64,000 bases of DNA from Henriciella sp. (GCA_965279045.1 CBDIHJ010000032.1:290-64289); one strand, 5' to 3'; positions 1 to 10,316 are shown, numbered from the stretch's first letter. The notes: a model not told the origin generated them from the letters alone. Program-made: numbers and translations.

Positions 1-2
1 CC

Positions 3-1364
3 GCCGCGCTGGCTTTCGTTCTTTCAGCTTGCGGCCCGGCTTCCGACACCGGAACGTCTAAGGTTTCTGAAGACACCTCTGCGAGCTCTGCGCTCGATGT
101 GCTTGTGCATGATGGTGAGTTCGCGACCATCCAGCAATTCACGACGCCCGGCGGCGTGTCCGTTTGGCTTGTGGAAGAACCTTCTATTCCGATCCTCTCT
201 CTGCGGATGGCCTGGCAGGCGGGCGAGACCAATGATCCTGAAGGGATTGAAGGGCTCACCAATGCGATGGTCTACCACATGAATGAAGGCGCAGGCGAAA
301 TGGACGCGCAAGCCTTTTTCAAAGGCATGGAAGAGCTCAACATGAGCTTCTCCTGTGGGTCGTCGAGCGAAAGTACCTTCTGTAACGCGTCGATGCTGAC
401 AGATAATGTCGACGCATCTTTCAATATGATCGCTACTGCCTTCGCGGAGCCGCGCTTCGATGATGGCCCCTTTGAGCGCTTCAAACGCGAGCAGGAAGTC
501 TCGCTGCAAACGCGCGAAACCAATCCGAGATATCTCGCTGGCCGAGCGCTCAACCAAGCGCTTTACCCGGATCATCCCTACGCCAAAGAAACCACGGCAG
601 AGAGCCTGTCTGCAATCACGCAAGACGGCATGCGGGCGCAGAAAGACCTGCTCATGGTGCGCGAAGGATGCTGGTAACCGCCGTCGGAGCGATCAGCCAG
701 AAGAATTGGCCCCGCTTATTGATCAAGCGGTCGCCGGATTGCCAGAAAGCAGCGAGGCCATCGAGGCCGATGAAGTTGTCTTGGCGAGTCCAGAGAGTGA
801 GCGATCGTGATCGACCTGCCACAGCCGCAAAGCCTCGTGACCTTCACAGCGCCGGCCATGAAACGCGAAGATCCGGATTTCTACACAGCGGTCGTGTTGA
901 ACTATACGTTTGGCGGTGGCGGGTTTGAAAGCCGCCTCATGAAGGACTTGCGGGTTGAACGCGGCCTAACCTATGGCGTCTACACAGGCGTCAGTGCGGG
1001 CGACAAGCTGCAAACCTGGGCGGGCAGCGGCCAGACCAAGAATGAAAGCGCGGGTGAATTCATCGACGGCGTCAAAGAAAACATGGTCGCCATGGTTGAA
1101 GAGGGCATGACAGAAGAAGAATTGTCTGCCGCGAAAGCCTACCTGACCGGGTCTTATCCTCTCGGGTTCGACTCCAACGCCAAGATCGCGGCCCGAATGA
1201 TGGGCGTTAGGTTGGAAGATTTGCCGGTCGACTTCTTCGATAAGCGCAACGCCATGGTTGAGGCGGTCACGCTGGAAGACGTCAATCGCGTCGCGGCGGA
1301 ATATCTCAGCCCGGAAAATTTTACGTTCGTAATTGTCGGTCAGCCTCAGGGCCTGGACGGGTAA
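3..1364 (+). CDS. M16 family (pitrilysin/PqqL-like) peptidase, non-catalytic-type subunit, predicted lipoprotein; 5' truncated; three apparent 1-bp frameshifts
   Basis: The frame from nt 3 reads AALAFVLSAC (lipobox) into ORF 99..677 (TPGGVSVWLVEE, GLTNAMVYHMNEGAG). It continues via MLVTAVGAIS (668 frame), EELAPLIDQAVAGLP (460 frame) and ORF 807..1364 (GGGGFESRLMKDLRVERGLTYGV). Frames switch near 667, 698 and 802. Confidence 0.85.
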
Positions 1365-2949
1365 GTTTTGGCGGGGTCGATCTCATCAAGCAGGCGCGGG
1401 ACGGCTCCTTGCGCTGTTTGTCATTTTCGTCCCGATGACGATCTTCATTGCCGCAGCCATTGCCAGCTTGGTTGACTTAGATGGCTTCTTCGCCGTCGCC
1501 AAGGCGATGAATGATTGGTTCCTCGACACCTTTTCAAGTTTGATTTCCTGGGCCGTGTTCGGCTTCGTGCTGACCTGTATCGCCGTTGTCATTTCGCCGC
1601 TTGGGCGGGTGACCATTGGCGGAGAAGGGGCAGAGAAAACGCTCAAACCGTGGAGTTGGTTCTCGATCACTCTATGCACCACGATCGCCATCGGGATCTT
1701 GTTCTGGGCGATGGCTGAGCCGCTCTATCATCTCTATGACCCCGGCGGTGCCGCCCGCGGCATCGAAGCCGCAAGTGGCGAGGCCCAACAGTTCAGTCTG
1801 GTCAGCCTGTTCATGCATTGGGCGATTTCGCCTTATGCAATCTACACCGTGGCAGCGCTGACCTTTGCCTTGGCCTATCACAATTTGGGCAAGCCTTATT
1901 CGGTCTCAGGACCGTTCGTCGCTTTGCTGGGACGGCCTTTGCCAGGTCCGGTCGCCTCGGTTCTGGATGCCGCTATTTTGCTCGCATTGATTATGGGCAT
2001 GGCGGCGTCCTTGGGTGCGGGCATGCTGCTTTTGTCGGGCGGTGTCGCGAACCTGACCGGCTTGCCGAGTGGTCAAGTGTCATTGGCTTTGGTTGCAATG
2101 GCGATCGGCGTGGTCGTGTTGATCAGTTCTCTGACGGGCTTGATGCGCGGCATCCGTATTCTGTCCGTCACCAATGCTTGGTTTTTCTTCGTCTTTGTGG
2201 GGTTCATCATCCTGTTCGGACCGACCGTCGAAATGGTCGCGCAAGGCGGACAAGCGATTTTAGGTTATGGGGCGGAATTCCTTGATCGCTCTTTGATGAT
2301 TGGCGCGGCGAGTGGCGATGGCGAATGGGCCAAGAGTTGGACCACGTTCTATTTCGCCAATTGGCTCGCCTGGGCGCCGGTGACCGCCATGTTCTTAGGA
2401 CGGATTGCACGCGGCTACACGGTTCGAGCATTCGTTTTGGTCAATCTTGTGCTGCCGGCTTTGTTCTCTATGGTCTGGATGAGTGCGTTCGGCGTCTTCG
2501 CGATGGAAACCGACCTTGGACAGGCCGGTCTTCTAAAAGAGACCTTGGACGCAACCGGGCCTGAATCGGTTTTATTCCGCGCGCTTGAAGAATTACCCCT
2601 GAGCGGTCTCATGATCCCGGTGCTCTTGCTGCTTTCTTTCATTTCTTATGTGACGGCCGCCGACAGCAATACCGAAGCAATCTCGCAGATCTGTAAGACC
2701 CATACTCATGCGATGACCGAAGCCGATGAAACCGAGCCGAGCGCGCCGCGTTTGAAGGTCGCTTGGGTCATTCTGCTCTGCCTGATGGCATGGATCATGG
2801 TTGCGTTTAGCGGCATCGATGGCGTGCGCATGTTGTCCAATGTCGGTGGACTGCCCGCTTTGTTCATCGTGCTTGGATTACAAGTCTGCCTGTTACGGAT
2901 GATGTTTCAGGCGAGCGCCCTCAATCTCCGAACGGTCCAGCCAGCTTAA
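1333..2949 (+). CDS. BCCT family (betaine/carnitine/choline) transporter; true start uncertain, probably downstream of 1364
   Basis: About 12 hydrophobic segments; motifs IAIGILFWAMAEPLYH, HWAISPYAIY, WTTFYFANWLAWAP..FLGRIARG and TAADS are typical of BCCT. Confidence 0.88.
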   Translation: MSVSLRAWTGKFWRGRSHQAGAGRLLALFVIFVPMTIFIAAAIASLVDLDGFFAVAKAMNDWFLDTFSSLISWAVFGFVLTCIAVVISPLGRVTIGGEGAEKTLKPWSWFSITLCTTIAIGILFWAMAEPLYHLYDPGGAARGIEAASGEAQQFSLVSLFMHWAISPYAIYTVAALTFALAYHNLGKPYSVSGPFVALLGRPLPGPVASVLDAAILLALIMGMAASLGAGMLLLSGGVANLTGLPSGQVSLALVAMAIGVVVLISSLTGLMRGIRILSVTNAWFFFVFVGFIILFGPTVEMVAQGGQAILGYGAEFLDRSLMIGAASGDGEWAKSWTTFYFANWLAWAPVTAMFLGRIARGYTVRAFVLVNLVLPALFSMVWMSAFGVFAMETDLGQAGLLKETLDATGPESVLFRALEELPLSGLMIPVLLLLSFISYVTAADSNTEAISQICKTHTHAMTEADETEPSAPRLKVAWVILLCLMAWIMVAFSGIDGVRMLSNVGGLPALFIVLGLQVCLLRMMFQASALNLRTVQPA

Positions 2950-4253
2950 GCATCTGCCAGGGTTTTGAGCTCTGAGGCGATCCCGGTAAGGCTCTCTCGG
3001 ATACGCTTGAGCCCACCGCCGCGACCATTGTGCACGACCAATTGCTTCCAAGGCAGTTCGCCATCCTCGGGACTGCGCACGACAAGGTGGCCAGATCGCG
3101 GCAGGGCATTGGTCAGCAAGACCTCTGAAAGCGCAAACCCGGCTTGATCGTCAAACGTTCCGTTACGCGCATCGGCTTCAAAATCAGACTGTTCTGATCG
3201 ACCGACGGTGTTGAAGAGAACCGACAGATCCGGGCGCTTTTCATCGCTGATCTGCTCCTGCATCACTTGATTGAGCAGTTTGACACCGCGCAAGGAATAG
3301 ACGTCGGGGTGCATTGGGGTGAGGACGCGATCTGCCGCTTCCAAGGCGCATCGCGTCAAGAAGGTTGCGTTCGGATTGGTGTCAAAGACGATCAGATCAT
3401 ATTCGCTGCGATAATAGTCGATCATGCGCCGGAAATTCGCGCCGACGACGGCGAGTGATTCCGGACTTGGGGCGAACGCGTATTTCGAGATTTCAAACTG
3501 CCCGGAGATCAAATCGAACCGACCACCAGGGGCGTTGTCGCCCGCGAGCAGATTGTGCGTGATCTGCTCACGATCAACCGGTTCAAATAAATCCGTACTA
3601 ATCGTCGACCAATTTTCAGACGGTGAGACGGTGTCATACGCATGTAATCGCGAGCGCTCGAATAGAGAGATCACCGATTTGTCGCGCGCCGCACTCGCAT
3701 CGGCATGTTCCATGTCGAAAAAGGTCTGGGTGAGATTGTATTGTGGGTCCAGGTCAATCAATAACGTTCGCCCGCCCAGCACCGCCTGCCAGGTGCCGAA
3801 CACCTGACTCGTCACTGTGGTTTTACCAACACCGCCTTTGAGGTTCATCACGGAGATGACTGGACAGCGGCGCTCATAGCGCTTTTTCACCGCCTCGACC
3901 AATCGCTCCAAAGCTCCTTCGTCGCCCAGCGAATCTGTCAATTTGTCAGCCAAAGCGGTTTTAAACTGCTTAGACAGGCGCGCATTGTCGGCTCGGATCG
4001 GGAAGATCTGTAAGCCCCGCTCTATCGCCCGCTCGAGCTGCGCCTGGACGGCCCGCGACCGGATCGAAGAGGCCGAGACTAAAACCACCATGCCGAACGC
4101 GTCATCAATCGCGGCGTTGACCGAGTCAGGGTCAACATCCTTACTCCCGGCGGGGGTGTACCATGTCGGGATCGACGCCCTCCGCATGGCCTCGTGGACC
4201 TGCAACAGGGGGTCAACGTCGCGATGACCATGAGCGATAAAAAGCTGCGACAT
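2946..4253 (-). CDS. TIR-domain / ParA-family (AAA_31-like) ATPase fusion protein
   Basis: The N-terminal ~125 aa match TIR_2 ([38 protein letters not shown]). The C-terminal part has a deviant Walker A ([10 protein letters not shown]), [12 protein letters not shown] and [10 protein letters not shown]. Confidence 0.82.
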   Translation of the reverse strand: MSQLFIAHGHRDVDPLLQVHEAMRRASIPTWYTPAGSKDVDPDSVNAAIDDAFGMVVLVSASSIRSRAVQAQLERAIERGLQIFPIRADNARLSKQFKTALADKLTDSLGDEGALERLVEAVKKRYERRCPVISVMNLKGGVGKTTVTSQVFGTWQAVLGGRTLLIDLDPQYNLTQTFFDMEHADASAARDKSVISLFERSRLHAYDTVSPSENWSTISTDLFEPVDREQITHNLLAGDNAPGGRFDLISGQFEISKYAFAPSPESLAVVGANFRRMIDYYRSEYDLIVFDTNPNATFLTRCALEAADRVLTPMHPDVYSLRGVKLLNQVMQEQISDEKRPDLSVLFNTVGRSEQSDFEADARNGTFDDQAGFALSEVLLTNALPRSGHLVVRSPEDGELPWKQLVVHNGRGGGLKRIRESLTGIASELKTLADA

Positions 4254-4395
4254 GTATATCTGTCCGTCTGGGAGGCGTTGCTGTTTTGCTACCCTGATTA
4301 GCCCGGATCGGCCACACTTTCATCTCATATCAGCTTTCCATAGCTTGATTGTGTCTGCTTGCCTGTGCATAAAGCGCGACCTTAAGGAGAAACCC

Positions 4396-5776
4396 ATGAC
4401 CTGGACGCCAAGCAGCTGGCGCGCACGCCCGGCAAAGCACATTCCGGAAGACTATCCGGATCTTGATCATCTCAAAGATGTCGAGACGCGCTTGGCAGCG
4501 TTTCCGCCACTCGTGTTTGCGGGCGAAGTCCGGACCTTAAAACAGCGCCTGGCAAGCGTTGCGGCAGGCGATGCATTTCTGCTTCAGGGCGGCGATTGCG
4601 CCGAAAGCTTTAAAGAGTTCAGTGCCGACAATATTCGCGATACGTTGCGGGTGATGCTGCAAATGGCGGTGGTTCTGACCTATGCGGCCTCTAAGCCTGT
4701 GGTCAAAGTTGGGCGTTTGGCGGGTCAGTTTGGTAAGCCGCGCTCATCGCCGATCGAAGAGATTGATGGTGTCACTTTGCCCTCGTATCGGGGCGACAAT
4801 ATTAATGGCATGGCCTTCGACGAAGCGTCTCGGACCCCAGATCCGGAGCGCCTGATCCAAGCCTATTCACAATCAGCTTCAACTTTGAACCTCGTGCGGG
4901 CTTTCTCGCGCGGCGGGTATGCCGATCTCTCAAATGTGCACCAATGGATGCTCGGTTTCGTCGATCGTTCACCCTTGGGCGAACGTTATCGCGAGATGGC
5001 CGATAAAATCAGCGATGCACTTGAGTTTATGAAGGCTTGCGGCGTCACTTCGCAGACCGTGCCGCAAATGTCTTCGGTGGAAGTCTACACCTCCCACGAG
5101 GCCTTGTTGCTCGGCTATGAAGAAGCGATGACGCGGAATCGATTCCACGTCCGGCGATTGGTACGACACCTCTGCACATATGCTCTGGATTGGGCACCGC
5201 ACCCGGCAAGTCGATCACGCGCATGTCGAGTTCTGCAAGGGCGTGAGAAACCCGATCGGCATGAAATGTGGGCCCGGGCTAGAGCCAGACGAGCTTTTGC
5301 GGATCATCGAGACGCTAAACCCTGATGATGAACCAGGACGGATTACCTTGATTTCGCGCTTCGGGGCTGATGGCGTGGCAGAGGGGCTGACACCACTCGC
5401 GCGCGCAGTAAAAGCCAGCGGCCGAACTGTGGTTTGGTCCTGTGATCCGATGCACGGCAACACGCTGAAGACTGAATCCGGCTTCAAAACGCGGCCCGTG
5501 GACCGCATTTTGACGGAAGTTCGGAACTTCATCGATGTGCTCAGCGCAGAGGACTGTGTTCCAGGCGGTGTTCACTTTGAAATGACCGGCCAGGATGTCA
5601 CCGAATGCATTGGCGGCGCACAGGCCATCTCGGAAGCGGACCTGTCATCCAGATACCACACTCATTGCGATCCTCGTTTAAATGGCGAACAAGCCCTTGA
5701 ACTTGCCTTCCTGATCGCAGAGAAGCTCCTGGAGATTAAGGACGCCTCCCCAATGCCATCACGTGTAGCCGGATAA
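4396..5776 (+). CDS. Class II 3-deoxy-7-phosphoheptulonate (DAHP) synthase, with one apparent +1 frameshift near 5137
   Basis: AAGGAG RBS, then MTWTPSSWR; motifs [39 protein letters not shown], and in the second frame [26 protein letters not shown]. Removing one A at 5137-5138 fuses the frames ([20 protein letters not shown]). Confidence 0.93.
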
Positions 5777-5791
5777 TCAGGACGTTTAACC

Positions 5792-7210
5792 ATGACCCAG
5801 CGGGCATGGCCCGCCTGGGCGCGGGCCTCTGAAATTCTAGACCTTTTGCGGCTGTCAGGGCCGATTGCGATCTCGCGTCTATCGTGGATGTTGATGGGCC
5901 TGACGGATGCTATCGTGCTCGGCCAAGTGAAAGGTCAGGAGCATGAGCTGGCCTTTATTTTGAACTCCTGGCTTCCGATTGGGATCACTCTTGGCTTCGG
6001 TATGGGCATCTTGCTCGGGGTGCAGGTGTTGACCTCAGAAATGGTCGGGCGTGGCGAAGAGCGTTTGTCCGGGCGGATTTTCCGACGCGGCATGGTATGG
6101 GCCGTCGGGCTCGGCCTATTGGTCACCGCAATTGTGTATTTTGTCGCCGAGCCGCTGTTCAATATGCTGTTCGTGCAGATCAATCCGAATGAGGACATCA
6201 GTGCGTTGATGACGCCGCAAGAGTTTGCGTCGGAAACCGCCCTGATTACGCAGATCCTCTCGCTGAGCCTCCTCGGTTTCATGATCTCGACGGTTTGCAG
6301 CTATTATCTCGAAGCCTTGCGACGGCCGCTGATCGTGACGATTACGTCCTATCTCGGCGTTGGCGTTAACTTGGTGATCGACTTAGCCTTGGTTCTCGGA
6401 TGGTGGGGCATGCCGCAAATGGGCGGTGAAGGCGTGGCATGGGCGACCGTTGGCTCGCGTTGGGCGATTACGCTCGCGCTGATAGGTTTTGCTCTCTGGC
6501 TCACCCCAGCGCTGAAACCGTCTGAACCGGCCCCCGGAAATGAGGCGAAACGCCAAATTACGGTCGGTGGCGGCACGGCGATTTCAAATATTGCCGAATG
6601 GGGCGGGTTTAACCTGACCTATTCCATCGCGGCCTTTATCAGCGTCGCAGCGAATGCGGTGTACGGCTATTCGGTCCAGGTGATGGGCTTCTGTTTCATG
6701 TTCTTTCTTGGGATCGGAACAGCGACCAGCGTCCGCGTGGCGGAACATTATGGGCGCGGCGACTTGCAAGGGGTCAAAGACGCCTCGCGATTGGGCGTGG
6801 CGGCGACTTTTGTGCTGGGTGTCTTCCTGTCGATCTTGATCTATATTTTCAAAGACCAAGTCGCGTTGCTCTTGGTGAATTCAGAAGCCAGTATTGACGG
6901 GACCATGCTGGCCATCGCGATTTCCAGCCTGCTGATCTATGCGGCACTGGCGACAACCTTTGATGGTTTGCAGGCCACCGCCTCCATGGCGCTTCGAGCC
7001 CAGGGGATTGTGTGGTTGCCTTCGGCCATTCACTTGGCCTCGTTCTTCCTGCTTATGATCCCGCTCTGTTACTATATGGGCGTCAGCTTGGGCCGTGGGG
7101 CCCAAGGGATGATGGAGGCCGTGACGATCACCTTGCTCGTCGCCGGTGGTTTACAATGGAGCCTGCTAGAATGGAAAACGGCGCGCCGCGAGGTGCGGCA
7201 CGCCGTTTAG
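5792..7210 (+). CDS. MATE family efflux transporter
   Basis: 12 TM segments; LLRLSGPI..MGLTDAIVLG, GGEGVAWAT, ATSVRVAEHYGRGD, FDGLQA. Confidence 0.9.
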   Translation: MTQRAWPAWARASEILDLLRLSGPIAISRLSWMLMGLTDAIVLGQVKGQEHELAFILNSWLPIGITLGFGMGILLGVQVLTSEMVGRGEERLSGRIFRRGMVWAVGLGLLVTAIVYFVAEPLFNMLFVQINPNEDISALMTPQEFASETALITQILSLSLLGFMISTVCSYYLEALRRPLIVTITSYLGVGVNLVIDLALVLGWWGMPQMGGEGVAWATVGSRWAITLALIGFALWLTPALKPSEPAPGNEAKRQITVGGGTAISNIAEWGGFNLTYSIAAFISVAANAVYGYSVQVMGFCFMFFLGIGTATSVRVAEHYGRGDLQGVKDASRLGVAATFVLGVFLSILIYIFKDQVALLLVNSEASIDGTMLAIAISSLLIYAALATTFDGLQATASMALRAQGIVWLPSAIHLASFFLLMIPLCYYMGVSLGRGAQGMMEAVTITLLVAGGLQWSLLEWKTARREVRHAV

Positions 7211-7234
7211 TTAGGATCGCTTTCGCGAGTGACC

Positions 7235-7501
7235 TTAGATGTCTTTCAGAGCAGATGCTGGTCTGAAAGCTGCAGAGGTTTTCTCTTTGATCTTGATGGT
7301 CTCGCCAGTCGCAGGATTGCGACCCTCACGCGCGCCGCGAGTTTTCGCGACGAATGTTCCGAAACCAGCAATCGCAACTGAGTCACGGCTCTTCACCGCG
7401 CCAGCGATTGAATCAAAGACAGCGTCCACAGCACGGCCAGCTTCGGCCTGAGACATGTCTGCTGCTTCTGCAACGGCTTTGGTCAGTTCACCCTTGTTCA
7501 T
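7235..7501 (-). CDS. hup: DNA-binding protein HU
   Basis: MNKGELTKAVAE...IAGFGTF...REGRNPATGETIKI; ATG at 7501 preceded by an AAGGGAG RBS. Confidence 0.96.
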   Translation of the reverse strand: MNKGELTKAVAEAADMSQAEAGRAVDAVFDSIAGAVKSRDSVAIAGFGTFVAKTRGAREGRNPATGETIKIKEKTSAAFRPASALKDI

Positions 7502-7606
7502 TGGGTTCTCCCTTAGTTCAACGGCGGAAGTTGCCGTTGCGGGCATTGTTCATGATTCGAAATGGTCGTGAATCCCGAAATGCCAATAAATACGGGCGAT
7601 TCAGCC

Positions 7607-8521
7607 TTATTTGGCCAGAATCCACCCTTCTTCTGCAGTTATTTTGTGAATTTCTCTACCAGAAAGCGAATTCGGTGGACCGAAGGCGTCAGCGAGTTTT
7701 CCACTCGAATCGAGTGATTCTAGGTGTTCTGAGAGGGTTCGCACCTGGGCCTGGTCGAGAATTTCACCCGCATTTGGTGTAACTTGAACTGTGCTGGGAT
7801 AGATTTCCGCCAGCACGCACTGGGTGTTCGCAAGGGAGTCCGGTGTTAGAGTTTCGAACCCGGTTTCGAATGGCCAGACCTTTGTGTTTGGGATTTCATC
7901 ACGCAAATAGGCGACCGTGGGGATGCCAAGCATGGCCTGAGAGCCAACCGAACCTGCCCCCAGAAGTTGCCAAACAGACTTTGGATACGCGGCGAAATTC
8001 GCCTTGATCCAAGCCTCACACAGCCGGTGCTCCGAAAGCGAGTCTGCTGCGCCAAAGTCCCCTTTTTTCATCGCTAAAGTTGAAACAACGTCTTTTTTCG
8101 GGGCGCCCCAAAAGGGGTGGGGGCCTTTCGAGATCGCATAGTTCAACCCTGCGGCAAGCGCGAATCTCGCATTTGAGTTGTCCTCGCGCTCCTTCACCTT
8201 TGAGGCGAGATGGGCATGCATGGCGGCCCACGGTGCGGTATCGCGCGTATCCAAGCCGATCGCGTCTGCTGTTCCTGCCGGATAGCCAAGTGCGAAATCG
8301 ACTCCGATCAGGACTTTGTCGCCGCGCCCAATGAGCTTGTTCGCCATGTCTTTGATGAACGTTCGCGCCTCCAGGCGTGTTCTTGGATTGACGCTCGTGA
8401 ATTGGAATTTCAGCCGAGCGTTTCGCGCCCGCACGCCAACCCAGATTGAGTTCGCGCCAGTGGTCGGCTTGGCGGCAGCCGACCAATCGACGATTATATA
8501 CGCGTCAAACAATCGCGCCAT
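7607..8521 (-). CDS. Predicted RNase H-fold nuclease-like protein (DUF429-like)
   Basis: Acidic motifs IVDWSAA, IGVDFALGYP, LAEIYPS and EEGWIL; VGSQAMLGIP and VWPFETG are characteristic of this family. Confidence 0.6.
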   Translation of the reverse strand: MARLFDAYIIVDWSAAAKPTTGANSIWVGVRARNARLKFQFTSVNPRTRLEARTFIKDMANKLIGRGDKVLIGVDFALGYPAGTADAIGLDTRDTAPWAAMHAHLASKVKEREDNSNARFALAAGLNYAISKGPHPFWGAPKKDVVSTLAMKKGDFGAADSLSEHRLCEAWIKANFAAYPKSVWQLLGAGSVGSQAMLGIPTVAYLRDEIPNTKVWPFETGFETLTPDSLANTQCVLAEIYPSTVQVTPNAGEILDQAQVRTLSEHLESLDSSGKLADAFGPPNSLSGREIHKITAEEGWILAK

Positions 8522-8524
8522 GGC

Positions 8525-9112
8525 CTAGAATTTCACCTCAGCCAGGGGTTCAAGTTCAGCGCAAATCGCGTCGGTTTGAGCGTGTTCTTCCTGGATCGCC
8601 TGCAGCGCGCCTTCGCGTCCTTCCAGTTTCGCGGCGAGCTCCTCTTCGATCCGTGCGCGTTTTTCAGGGGTCAAATCCGCACCATCCTGGAGCTCCTTTT
8701 GCAGCGCTTTAATCTCGCGACTGGTTTCCACCAGGGCGACCAAAGGGACCATTTCTGTCAGGAAATGCAGATGGATGCGCCGCCGCAGTTCGATATCGCG
8801 GATTTCAAACAATCGCTCCCGGTTGCGCTCATAAATGCCGGCTTCATTGAGCGCGGTTCGGAACAAGCGGACCGTGATTTCACCCCATCGCTCACCAAGA
8901 TCCATCGAACTAATAGCGCGATCCAGAATCAAATCGACGGTCGCCAAGATTTCACCAAAGAAGCGCGCGGCGTCACGCTCTTTACGCTTCTGATTCAAGC
9001 GGTCATGCACCAATTCTGCGATCATGGCGCCGCCTGTGGCCAGGACCGCGCCAATGATCACCGCAAGGAGTGTGTCCAGATTGTCGATAAAGTCGAACGT
9101 TGATTGGCGCAT
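8525..9112 (-). CDS. Hypothetical protein, single N-terminal TM helix plus helical/coiled-coil region
   Basis: 195-aa ORF, co-oriented and tightly spaced (12 and 3 bp) with its neighbours; hydrophobic LLAVIIGAVLATGGAMIA followed by a charged helical region. Confidence 0.75.
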   Translation of the reverse strand: MRQSTFDFIDNLDTLLAVIIGAVLATGGAMIAELVHDRLNQKRKERDAARFFGEILATVDLILDRAISSMDLGERWGEITVRLFRTALNEAGIYERNRERLFEIRDIELRRRIHLHFLTEMVPLVALVETSREIKALQKELQDGADLTPEKRARIEEELAAKLEGREGALQAIQEEHAQTDAICAELEPLAEVKF

Positions 9113-9124
9113 GGCGGTCCAGCG

Positions 9125-10150
9125 TTAGCTCAGCTTGACCAGCATTTTCCCCGTATTCTGACCAGAAAACAGACCCATAAACGCATTCGGGGCATTCTCG
9201 ATGCCTTCCATAACGGTCTCTTCAAACTTCATCTGACCGCCTTTGATCCAAGCGACCATATCGCGCTGGAAATCCGGGGTCATATCTGCATGTGACGAGA
9301 CGATAAACCCGCGGATTTGCAGCTGTTTGCCGACGATTTGGATGACATTGTTCGGGCCCGGACGAGGCTCAGTATCGTTATATTGCGAAATCATCCCACA
9401 AATCGCCATGCGCGCGAACGGTCTTGCACACTCAATCGCAGCTTGAAAATGATCGCCGCCGACATTGTCGAAATAGACATCAATGCCTTTTGGGGCCGCC
9501 GCTTTTAGCGCGGCCAGAAGGCCTGGATAATCACCTGCCGCGCGATAATCGATACATTCATCCGCGCCGAGTGATTTTACGAGGGCGCACTTTTCAGCGC
9601 CGCCGGCAGACCCAATCACAGTGCAGCCTTTGATTTTTGCAATTTGGACCACCGTGGAGCCTACGGCGCCGGCGGCGCCAGAGACAAAGACCGTATCGCC
9701 TTCTTTTAGCTCGGCGACGCGCAAGATGCCGGCATAGGCGGTGAGGCCCGGCATCCCCGCAATGCCCAAAAATGCGCTGTCAGGAAGTCCGGTATCACCG
9801 GGCAGCTTCTGCGCCATCACCATTTCCGGCGCCGCCGTCCAGGCTTCACGCCACCCGGCCATGGACTGAACCAAATCCCCTTCGGCATAGTCTGGGTGAT
9901 TAGAGGCCGTGACGCGTCCGACAGCGCCGCCTTGCAGAACCTCTCCAATTTGGAAGGGGGGAACATAGCTTTCGCGGTCATACATCCGTCCGCGCATGTA
10001 CGGATCAACCGACATCCAGGTATTACGGACTTGGATCTGACCCGCTTCGGGTGCCGGGGCCTCATTCGATACGATTCCAAAATCATCCGTCTGGGGTTCC
10101 CCAACGGGGCGTTTGGCGAGGGTCCAGTCTTTCGATGCGAGCGCGGTCAT
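9125..10150 (-). CDS. NADP-dependent oxidoreductase (CurA/prostaglandin reductase-like, MDR family)
   Basis: SVDPYMRGRM, GMPGLTAY, VSGAAGAVGS, GIDVYFDNVGG, NTGKMLVKL; AGGAAGG RBS before the ATG at 10150. Confidence 0.93.
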   Translation of the reverse strand: MTALASKDWTLAKRPVGEPQTDDFGIVSNEAPAPEAGQIQVRNTWMSVDPYMRGRMYDRESYVPPFQIGEVLQGGAVGRVTASNHPDYAEGDLVQSMAGWREAWTAAPEMVMAQKLPGDTGLPDSAFLGIAGMPGLTAYAGILRVAELKEGDTVFVSGAAGAVGSTVVQIAKIKGCTVIGSAGGAEKCALVKSLGADECIDYRAAGDYPGLLAALKAAAPKGIDVYFDNVGGDHFQAAIECARPFARMAICGMISQYNDTEPRPGPNNVIQIVGKQLQIRGFIVSSHADMTPDFQRDMVAWIKGGQMKFEETVMEGIENAPNAFMGLFSGQNTGKMLVKLS

Positions 10151-10316
10151 AGGGCTTCCTTCCTGTCTGTTCTTTCCTGCTATGTGGCCGATCCTGCGCC
10201 GGAAGCAAAGGGGGCTTGTAAGAATTCGCAATGCCTTTTGATGGCGCGCACCGACATGTTCAGTTGCAAGCAAAGGGCACAAAATGCGATGAGGCCGCTG
10301 GAGAGTGGAGTAGGTT

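Noticed and set aside
7607-8521. Cobalamin biosynthesis (CbiG) label sometimes given to similar proteins
   Set aside because: No cobalamin genes nearby and no CbiG motifs recognised; the acidic motifs fit an RNase H-like fold better.
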